The notes beneath the pieces are model-generated. The model was not told the origin of the DNA. It was given only the letters and a program-made list of their open reading frames with translations, and made no database searches. From NCBI RefSeq assembly GCF_035285525.1, contig NZ_JAYKGW010000095.1:1-8444 (forward strand): DNA of 8,444 bases. Reading direction: 5' to 3'. This document shows, piece by piece, positions 1 to 5,468 of the stretch. Position 1 is the first letter of the stretch, and every line of letters begins with the position of its first letter. Made by a program: the position numbers and the translations under genes. Origin of the DNA: Okeania sp. GTDB taxonomy: Bacteria > Cyanobacteriota > Cyanobacteriia > Cyanobacteriales > Microcoleaceae.

Positions 1-1
1 T

Positions 2-667
2 GCTTGTATATTTGGTTCAGCATTAGGTACTTTGGGAGTAGCATTTTCTGGACAAGTATTTTATGCAGTCGCCCCCATAACATTAGCTTTATCTCTAAAT
101 GTGGCTAATAGATATCGATTAGAACAGTATATCTTATCATCTCAAAAATCTGAAATAGAATCAGTTCAAAACTCAGTAGAAAGATTAGAAAAAAATGCTG
201 TTAAAGTAATAATTAAACTTCGTCAACAACTGTCTACAGAAATAAAATCAGTTCGTGAACAATTATCCAGTAAATCAATAGAAACTGTAAACTCAGAAAT
301 ACAACAACAACTAACTGCACTAGAACATTCAGCTTCTTCTGTAGAAAAAAGTTTGGCATCTGTAGACAATAAAGCTATGACTGCTGATGATTGGGAAATA
401 GTAAATGGTCGTCTTTTGGTAATTGAAGAAGCGATCGCTAATTTGCAAAAGGATATGGAAATATTACCTAAAGAACCTCAAGTAGATATATCCGAACTTG
501 AGGCCAAAGTTGACAATCTAGAAATACAAAATACACAGGTAGTTAAACCTCACTTGAAGCGCCTGATTACACTTGTAAGACAATTACAACATACAAATTA
601 TTCTAACTCTTCATCTCATCAGTCCTTAATTTCCAGACAACCAATTAGAGAATATAATGGGGAATAA
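2..667 (+). CDS. C-terminal part of a membrane-anchored coiled-coil protein of unknown function (5' end outside window)
   Basis: The tracked ORF 32..667 begins at a TTG. The same frame has no stop from nt 2 (ACIFGSALGT-LGVAFSG...), so the gene very likely starts upstream of the window. It has a hydrophobic stretch (GVAFSGQVFYAVAPITLALSL) followed by about 150 aa of heptad-like, E/K/Q/S-rich sequence typical of coiled coils. I recognise no family signature. Confidence 0.55.
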   Translation, partial: ACIFGSALGTLGVAFSGQVFYAVAPITLALSLNVANRYRLEQYILSSQKSEIESVQNSVERLEKNAVKVIIKLRQQLSTEIKSVREQLSSKSIETVNSEIQQQLTALEHSASSVEKSLASVDNKAMTADDWEIVNGRLLVIEEAIANLQKDMEILPKEPQVDISELEAKVDNLEIQNTQVVKPHLKRLITLVRQLQHTNYSNSSSHQSLISRQPIREYNGE

Positions 668-706
668 TTCAAGTAATCTGAAAATGGGTTTTAAGTATAA
701 AAAATT

Positions 707-734
707 GTCAGCATTCAGAAGTCAGCTATCAGCT
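707..734. repeat. Heptamer tandem array (GTCAGCA/TTCAGAA/GTCAGCT/ATCAGCT), STRR-like
   Basis: Four consecutive 7-nt units read directly from the sequence. It is the reverse complement of the TGACTGC array at 962-1003. Confidence 0.75.
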
Positions 735-737
735 ATG

Positions 738-874
738 AATTATATAGAATCCGGTTAAATACTTATCGTATCTGCAAAAGGAAGGCAGAGGGTAGAAGGC
801 AGAAGGCAGAAGGGAAAGAAATATGGAGAGGAAAAAAGTTTTTCATCAACTAATTATCCGGATTCTATATTATT
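738..874. repeat. 17-bp inverted repeat pair (738-754 AATTATATAGAATCCGG / 858-874 CCGGATTCTATATTATT) enclosing about 100 nt
   Basis: The arms are reverse complements at 16 of 17 positions. The enclosed segment contains the purine-rich heptamer array at 781-815. Confidence 0.7.
781..815. repeat. Heptamer tandem array (GAAGGCA)n, 5 units, STRR-like
   Basis: The units read GAAGGCA GAGGGTA GAAGGCA GAAGGCA GAAGGGA, directly from the sequence. Confidence 0.8.
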
Positions 875-961
875 AACTTATCCTGTTTGGCAGGAGAAAT
901 TAATCTCCAAAAAGTTAAAAGAAAAAGCTCGTCAGCTAATTTTAATCAGTCCTTTACGTTT

Positions 962-1003
962 GCTCGGCTATTAGCTGACTGCTGACTGCTAATAGCTGAA
1001 TGC
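962..1003. repeat. Heptamer tandem array (TGACTGC family), 6 units, STRR-like
   Basis: The units read GCTCGGC TATTAGC TGACTGC TGACTGC TAATAGC TGAATGC. This is the inverted partner of 707-734; AGCATTCAG at 710-718 and CTGAATGCT at 996-1004 are exact reverse complements. Confidence 0.75.
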
Positions 1004-1076
1004 TTACAAATAATTTTAAATTTCTGTTAGGAAAAATGTCAGTATGATAACTGTTAACTAATAATTGATAACTGAA

Positions 1077-1835
1077 ATGACTGAACCGTTAACCCTAATA
1101 TTTGATGTTGATGGCACTTTAGCTGATACAGAAAAAGATGGCCATAGAGTAGCTTTTAATCAAGCCTTTGCTGAAGTAGGTTTGGACTGGGAATGGTCAA
1201 TTCCTTTGTATGGAGAATTATTAGCGATCGCTGGTGGTAAAGAACGAATTAAATTTTATATTGATAAGTATAAACCAAATTTGTCCTCATCACTTCCACT
1301 ACCAGAATTAATTTCTAATCTACATAAGAGTAAAACAAATTATTACCGAGAATTATTAAGAACAGGTGCTATACCATTACGCCCAGGAGTAGAAAGACTA
1401 TTAAAAGAAGCACGAGGTAATAATATGCGGTTAGCGATCGCTACTACTACTACTATGGCAAATGTGGAAGCATTATTAGAGTATACTTTGGGGAAAGAAA
1501 GTATTTCGTGGTTTGAAATAATTGGAGCAGGAGATATAGTTCCCGCAAAAAAACCTGCACCAGATATTTATCTTTATGTATTAGAAAAAATGAATATTCA
1601 AGCTGAAAATTGTATAGCGTTTGAAGATTCATATAATGGTTTACAATCTGCTGTACAATCAGGATTAAAAACAATAGTGACTGTTACTGATTATACTCGT
1701 AATCAGGATTTTACAGGTGCAACTTTAGTCTTAGATAATTTAGGAGAACCAGAAAAATCATTTACTGTTATTAGTGGAGATACTAAAGATAGAACTTATT
1801 GCGATCTAAAATTAATTGAGTTTTTCCAAGATTAA
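1077..1835 (+). CDS. cbbY: CbbY-type HAD-superfamily phosphatase (xylulose-1,5-bisphosphate phosphatase-like)
   Basis: HAD motif I is present as FDVDGTLADTE, followed by DGHRVAFNQAF...W....Y.ELL.I.GGKERI, which closely follows the CbbY pattern in Rhodobacter and plant CbbY. A conserved Lys lies in AKKPAPDIY, and motif IV is FEDSYNG. I prefer the ATG at 1077 over the tracked TTG at 1065. Confidence 0.8.
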   Translation: MTEPLTLIFDVDGTLADTEKDGHRVAFNQAFAEVGLDWEWSIPLYGELLAIAGGKERIKFYIDKYKPNLSSSLPLPELISNLHKSKTNYYRELLRTGAIPLRPGVERLLKEARGNNMRLAIATTTTMANVEALLEYTLGKESISWFEIIGAGDIVPAKKPAPDIYLYVLEKMNIQAENCIAFEDSYNGLQSAVQSGLKTIVTVTDYTRNQDFTGATLVLDNLGEPEKSFTVISGDTKDRTYCDLKLIEFFQD

Positions 1836-1841
1836 CACTAA

Positions 1842-1869
1842 GTAACAGGTAACAGGTAACAGGGAACAG
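1842..1869. repeat. Heptamer tandem array (GTAACAG)3 + GGAACAG, STRR-like
   Basis: Read directly from the sequence. It begins 7 nt after the cbbY stop codon. Confidence 0.8.
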
Positions 1870-1999
1870 TAGAATATTAAGGATTTTTCCTATAGGGAAA
1901 TGCTCCGCAAATAGGATTTCTAAATGTCTGCGCCCTTTGTTTCGACTTTGATAATAATAAAAATTGATGATTTATAGATAAGAATTGATTCTATTTTTT

Positions 2000-2034
2000 A
2001 TTTGTGGAGATGTCTATTAGATATCTCCACAAAT
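2000..2034. other. 35-nt near-perfect palindrome (ATTTGTGGAGATGTCTA-T-TAGATATCTCCACAAAT)
   Basis: The 17-nt arms are complementary apart from one G-T position. It lies in the convergent cbbY/ispE spacer. A T-run precedes it on the + strand instead of following it, so it is not a canonical intrinsic terminator in either direction. Confidence 0.6.
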
Positions 2035-2080
2035 CACTCATTAAAATCAATGATCCCATACGAAATTGTCAATTATTTTT

Positions 2081-2108
2081 CCCTGTTTCCTGTTCCCTGT
2101 TCCCTATT
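2081..2108. repeat. Heptamer tandem array (CCCTGTT family), 4 units, inverted partner of 1842-1869
   Basis: The units read CCCTGTT TCCTGTT CCCTGTT CCCTATT, the reverse complement of the (G/T)AACAGG family. It ends 11 nt before the ispE stop codon. Confidence 0.8.
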
Positions 2109-2119
2109 TTCTAGAGATA

Positions 2120-3064
2120 TCAATCAGCAATACTAATACCACTAGAATTAAACTGTGCTATCCAAAATTCTAAATCTGGGTCAGAAATTTTCGCTTTTAC
2201 TGCTGCTTTAACTTGCTCTGCTTGAGATTGAGATTCTGTTAAAGCAAACACAGTTGGTCCCGATCCTGACATCATAGCTCCTAAAACATTCTCAGAGGCA
2301 AAAGCTTCTCTTAATTTTAATAATTGGGGATATTCTGGTAAAGCTATTTTTTCTAGATCGTTATGTAATAGTTTGCCAATTTCCCTGTGGTTGTGGTTAG
2401 CGATCGCCGATATCATTGGTTCAGAATGTACTCTTTGCCCGCTATTTTCTTGACCTTCTGTATCAGTAACATAAGTATGACCGAACTTTCGACGATAAGT
2501 TTTATACGCCCAAGGTGTAGAAATAGAGAGTTTTCTGTATTTAGCCAAAACCAAATAAATATCGTCTAAATTTGGCAATGGGGAAAGCACTTCACCCCGA
2601 CCAGTCGCTAAAGCAGTTCCGCCACCAACACAAAAAGGAACGTCCGAACCCAACTGCGCTCCCAACTCTTGCAACTCTCCCCTAGTTAAACCCAGTCCCC
2701 ACATTAAATCTAAACCAACCAATACTGCTGCTGCATTTGCGGAACCTCCTGCTAATCCCGCTGCCACAGGAATATGTTTATGGATAGTAATTTCAACGCC
2801 ACCGTATTGAGCAAATACATCTGGAAATTGTTTGCTCATCAGAGAAGCTGCTCGGTAAGCAATATTACTTTCATTTTCAGGAACTAGGGGATGGTCGCAT
2901 CGCACCACAATATTTTCAACACCAATAGAACGAATATCTATTTGATCTGCTAGACTAATGCTTTGCAAAACCATTGCTAATTCGTGATAACCATCTGGGC
3001 GATCGCCGATAATTTCTAGATATAGATTGATTTTAGCAGGGGCAATTAATGAGTAAGAGCGCAT
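2120..3064 (-). CDS. ispE: 4-diphosphocytidyl-2-C-methyl-D-erythritol kinase (MEP pathway)
   Basis: The N-terminus carries APAKINLYLEI..RPDGYHEL. GHMP-kinase motif II is IPVAAGLAGGSANAAAVL and motif III is MSGSGPTVFAL. The 314-aa length is typical for IspE. Confidence 0.92.
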   Translation of the reverse strand: MRSYSLIAPAKINLYLEIIGDRPDGYHELAMVLQSISLADQIDIRSIGVENIVVRCDHPLVPENESNIAYRAASLMSKQFPDVFAQYGGVEITIHKHIPVAAGLAGGSANAAAVLVGLDLMWGLGLTRGELQELGAQLGSDVPFCVGGGTALATGRGEVLSPLPNLDDIYLVLAKYRKLSISTPWAYKTYRRKFGHTYVTDTEGQENSGQRVHSEPMISAIANHNHREIGKLLHNDLEKIALPEYPQLLKLREAFASENVLGAMMSGSGPTVFALTESQSQAEQVKAAVKAKISDPDLEFWIAQFNSSGISIAD

Positions 3065-3153
3065 TTTAGATAGTATATAGTTTGATTATTTTAATTTATC
3101 AGGACTTACGCAAAATATCAAATCATATCATGTCTGAAGCAAGAAGTGCATGG

Positions 3154-3293
3154 GGTAGTAGCGAGTCCCGTGCAGAAATTTTCATAGTTACTCTCAGATT
3201 TACATAAACCCGCCCCCATTAGAGGTAGTAGCGAGTCCCGTGCAGAAATTTTCATAGTTACTCTCAGATTTACATAAACCCGCCCCCGTTAGA
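3154..3293. repeat. Tandem duplication of a 70-bp unit (3154-3223 and 3224-3293)
   Basis: The two copies differ at one position (A at 3218, G at 3288). Each copy ends in AAACCCGCCCCC. A third, solitary AAACCCGCCCCTAC motif lies at 3346-3359. Confidence 0.9.
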
Positions 3294-3303
3294 GGTTGGG
3301 GGC
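3282..3303 (-). terminator. Candidate intrinsic terminator downstream of the DUF4058 gene
   Basis: On the minus strand it reads GCCCCC-AACCTCTAAC-GGGGGC followed by GGGTTTATGT. The stem is 6 bp of pure GC and the loop is 10 nt. The U-tract is weak and interrupted. Confidence 0.3.
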
Positions 3304-3451
3304 AGATTTAGCTAACTTAAAGCGTGAAAACTCACTTAATGGTGAAACCCGCCCCTACAGAACCTGATTCCCTAATGCACTTACTATTCTTTTGTCCGCC
3401 TCCTGTCTAATTATGATTTCTGCTGACTCCTAACTCGTAGCTACTCTGTGT

Positions 3452-3479
3452 TCCCTACTCCCTACTTTCTACTCCCTAC
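3452..3479. repeat. Heptamer tandem array (TCCCTAC)n, 4 units, STRR-like
   Basis: The units read TCCCTAC TCCCTAC TTTCTAC TCCCTAC. The array directly abuts the stop codon of the DUF4058 gene (3480-3482). Confidence 0.85.
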
Positions 3480-4262
3480 TTATTTTAGTTTGTGTTGTCG
3501 CAACCAAGTATCTACCCAATTTGCATCATGTTCTGATAATTCCGGTACTGGTTGTTGAGCGTAATCTATTTTTAAATCATAACAACCAATATCATAAATA
3601 TTCGTCAATAATGTTTGTAAATCTATAATTATTTCTGTATCTTCTGGACGTAATGGTAAAGGAAATTCAGGGATTTCATCTTGGATATTGAATACATATA
3701 AATCTGCTTTTGGTCGCTGATTTTTCCGACTAACTAAAATCCGATAATGACTTTTAATTTGTTGATTTAAAATAGGCATTCGTTTACCATAACGAAGTAA
3801 ATCTATTTCAATAAAATTAGTAGAACTGGCTAAAACTGTTTCTCGTTTTTCCAAATAAATTTCCCTACCTTTTCCAGTTCTTTTATTGCTAGGAGATAAT
3901 ATTTCAATAGCAGTTACAACTTCCTTAGTTGCTACTTCTTTAATTTCCAAATATCCTTGGCGAATAGTTATAGGTACAGGCAAAATTACTTTTGTTGGTT
4001 CTGTAACTACAACTTGATATTCTGTAGAATTTGAGTTGTTAACTTGATTTTTTTTTGACAGCACTGAAACATCAGGAATATCTGCAAGTAGAGATTCTGT
4101 ATCGTTAATTTCATACATTCTAACTGCTAGAGAAACTGAATATTTCGGACTTAATTGGGGAGATAATAAGTCGGCTATCCTGACAATTAGTTTATTATGC
4201 AACCCCGGCCATAAATCGGGATGTTCTAAATATGGGTCAATACCAGGAAATGGAGATGGCAT
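3480..4262 (-). CDS. DUF4058-family protein (possible PD-(D/E)xK / Uma2-like nuclease fold)
   Basis: The N-terminus MPSPFPGIDPYLE.PDLWPGLHNKLI is how I remember DUF4058 proteins beginning. Internal IPDVSV ... AIEILSPSNK ... FIEIDLL resembles the Uma2 (DUF820) motif pattern. A strong SD lies upstream (AAAGGAGAAAAATTT-ATG). Confidence 0.8.
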   Translation of the reverse strand: MPSPFPGIDPYLEHPDLWPGLHNKLIVRIADLLSPQLSPKYSVSLAVRMYEINDTESLLADIPDVSVLSKKNQVNNSNSTEYQVVVTEPTKVILPVPITIRQGYLEIKEVATKEVVTAIEILSPSNKRTGKGREIYLEKRETVLASSTNFIEIDLLRYGKRMPILNQQIKSHYRILVSRKNQRPKADLYVFNIQDEIPEFPLPLRPEDTEIIIDLQTLLTNIYDIGCYDLKIDYAQQPVPELSEHDANWVDTWLRQHKLK

Positions 4263-4270
4263 AAATTTTT

Positions 4271-4274
4271 CTCC
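4271..4274 (-). promoter_or_regulatory. Shine-Dalgarno (GGAG) of the DUF4058 gene
   Basis: The reverse complement of 4263-4281 reads TTAAAAAGGAGAAAAATTT, directly preceding the ATG at 4262-4260. GGAG lies 8 nt upstream of the start codon. Confidence 0.6.
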
Positions 4275-4410
4275 TTTTTAATTGTTAGTTTTGGTAGCTA
4301 AACCACTATGTAGGGATTTAGCCCTAATTTATGGATATTGCTTAAGCACTACTACAAACAAAGTTGATAACTAAAATATTATAAATCAGATTTTGCCATT
4401 AATTTCTAGA

Positions 4411-4445
4411 TAGGGAGTAGGGAGTAGGGAGTAGGGAGTAGGGAG
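4411..4445. repeat. Heptamer tandem array (TAGGGAG)5, inverted partner of 3452-3479
   Basis: Five perfect units are followed by a degenerate sixth (TAGTGAA, 4446-4452). The unit belongs to the same heptamer family as 3452-3479 in reverse-complement orientation (GTAGGGA read in a shifted register). Confidence 0.9.
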
Positions 4446-4565
4446 TAGTGAAGAGTCAAGAGGAATAAGGAGTTGTGGAGAATATACACGGTTCCCGATC
4501 AATCGAAAAAATTATCCCTTGACTTGGGTGCCCCTATCTTACCAAAATATTCACTTGAGTAGCCC

Positions 4566-4593
4566 TATCAGACTAAAATCTGATACTTTTGTT
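4566..4593 (+). terminator. Orphan terminator-like hairpin (TATCAGA-CTAAAA-TCTGATA + CTTTTGTT)
   Basis: A perfect 7-bp stem with a 6-nt loop is followed by a T-rich tract on the + strand. The stem is AT-rich and no + strand CDS lies upstream. Confidence 0.25.
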
Positions 4594-4643
4594 ACGACCT
4601 AAAAAGGCTAAAAGCTTTATCTAATAAACACTTTTATATTTAA

Positions 4644-4804
4644 TCAGCAACCCCTTATTATTTCTGTATCTTCTGGATGTAATGGTAAAGGAAATTGAAT
4701 AATTTTATCTGGGATATTGAAAGTATAGAATCTGCAATTTCCAGATGCATAATTAATTAGTAAAAGCATATTTTAGATAGCTTGATTATTTTAGTTTATA
4801 TTGG
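4644..4804 (-). pseudogene. Relic: ispE-like leader and start codon fused to a DUF4058 C-terminal fragment (intact 41-codon ORF 4769..4644)
   Basis: 4749-4804 aligns with 3043-3103 (ispE 5' end plus upstream leader) through shared blocks AATTAAT, AGTAA, GCAT, TTTAGATAG, TTGATTATTTTA and TTTAT. 4658-4735 aligns with 3629-3706 inside the DUF4058 gene. The minus-strand ORF is MLLLINYASGNCRFYTFNIPDKIIQFPLPLHPEDTEIIRGC. Its residues FYTFNIPDKIIQFPLPLHPEDTEII match LYVFNIQDEIPEFPLPLRPEDTEII at 18 of 25 positions. Confidence 0.6.
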
Positions 4805-4840
4805 TATAGTTATAAAAATCAATCAACAGAATAAATTCCT

Positions 4841-5329
4841 ATGAATAAAATATTTCATTTTTTAATTACAACTTTCTTAATAATAATTGTTGCTTTTATT
4901 GGATTAGTAAATGCAGAACAGAGTATTGCTGCCGATATGGGTGGAACAGTTATAAATAAAAACGTTCCTCAAGTTGCCCCAGTATTAGAGGAAAAAGCTT
5001 CTTCAAATATTAAAGCAAGCGAAGTTGAGCTTCTTCCTTGTCACATTTTTGATCCTTTATGTACATCTGGTTCAGAAAATTCAAGCTCTCTATCCGAGCA
5101 AGATGCCTCAGTATTAGAGGAAAAACCTGCTTCAATTTCTTCTCCAAATATTAAAATACCAAAGGAAGTTGAGCTTCCTCTTCCTCTTCCTTGTGAATTT
5201 GCAATTCCCCCATGTACATCTCGTTCAGAAAATTCAAGCTCTCTAAATCTTAAACCTGATTTTGATTGTCACCTTTTTAACCCCCCATGTACATCTACTT
5301 CAGAAAATACAAACTCTATATCCGATTGA
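4841..5329 (+). CDS. Small secreted or membrane-anchored protein with three C-x6-C-T-S-x-S-E-N repeats (unknown family)
   Basis: It starts at an ATG with a signal-peptide-like N-terminus (MNKIFHFLITTFLIIIVAFIGLVNA/EQS). Internal nucleotide repeats are present: 4980-5014 resembles 5109-5155, and 5060-5092, 5213-5245 and 5288-5320 resemble one another. The repeated peptides are PCHIFDPLCTSGSENSSSL, PCEFAIPPCTSRSENSSSL and DCHLFNPPCTSTSENTNSI. Confidence 0.65.
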   Translation: MNKIFHFLITTFLIIIVAFIGLVNAEQSIAADMGGTVINKNVPQVAPVLEEKASSNIKASEVELLPCHIFDPLCTSGSENSSSLSEQDASVLEEKPASISSPNIKIPKEVELPLPLPCEFAIPPCTSRSENSSSLNLKPDFDCHLFNPPCTSTSENTNSISD

Positions 5330-5407
5330 CAACAGAATAAAAATCCTTCAAGTCTCTAAAGATTATTGTTAATTATAGTTGGCTGTCAAGGTGAAATTTA
5401 TAAACTT

Positions 5408-5445
5408 AAAACCCCAGTTTCTTGAGAAAGAGACTGGGTTTCTAA
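5408..5445. terminator. Bidirectional intrinsic terminator between convergent genes
   Basis: The stem pairs 5413-5423 with 5428-5438 (11 bp including one G-U) around a 4-nt loop (GAGA). TTTCTAATT follows on the + strand and GTTTTAAGTTTA follows on the - strand. It lies between the stop codons at 5329 (+) and 5469 (-). Confidence 0.65.
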
Positions 5446-5468
5446 TTCACTACACTCTATCAAATTGA

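Noticed and set aside
823-876. 17-codon mini-ORF (MERKKVFHQLIIRILYY) preceded by a purine-rich tract
   Set aside because: The SD-like purines belong to the heptamer array. The ORF runs into the 17-bp inverted repeat and is most simply a by-product of the repeat element. Nothing in the sequence supports it as coding.
857-884. TCCGGA (DIF-type heterocyst promoter motif) at 857-862 with a TATCCT -10-like hexamer 16 nt downstream, upstream of cbbY
   Set aside because: The hexamer is part of the 17-bp inverted-repeat arm, so its presence is explained by the repeat. A single 6-mer match is expected by chance. It would only be worth revisiting with TSS data.
1065-1076. TTG at 1065 as the cbbY start
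   Set aside because: An ATG lies four codons downstream at 1077 and gives the usual short N-terminus before the DxDGT motif. Neither candidate has a clear SD, so the ATG is preferred, though not proven.
1453-1674. 73-aa ORF antisense within cbbY
   Set aside because: It is fully embedded antisense to a strongly supported CDS. Its composition is low-complexity and AT-codon driven (L/F/I/Y/Q rich), with no recognisable motif.
2000-2034. The palindrome as a canonical bidirectional rho-independent terminator
   Set aside because: The T-run lies upstream of the hairpin on the + strand, so an A-run follows it on the - strand. This is the opposite of what either direction requires. It is kept only as an unexplained palindrome.
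2387-2569. 60-aa ORF antisense within ispE
   Set aside because: It is embedded antisense to a confidently identified gene and has no family signature.
3154-3293. CRISPR array (also considered for 8350-8444)
   Set aside because: The copies are directly adjacent with no unique spacers. The 70-bp unit is too long for a CRISPR repeat, the 36-bp repeat lies inside an ORF, and no cas genes are in the window.
4519-4548. Sigma70-type promoter (TTGACT -35)
   Set aside because: No convincing TAnnnT -10 hexamer lies at 16-18 nt spacing. The candidates are CAAAAT at 18 nt, and TATCTT at only 10 nt.
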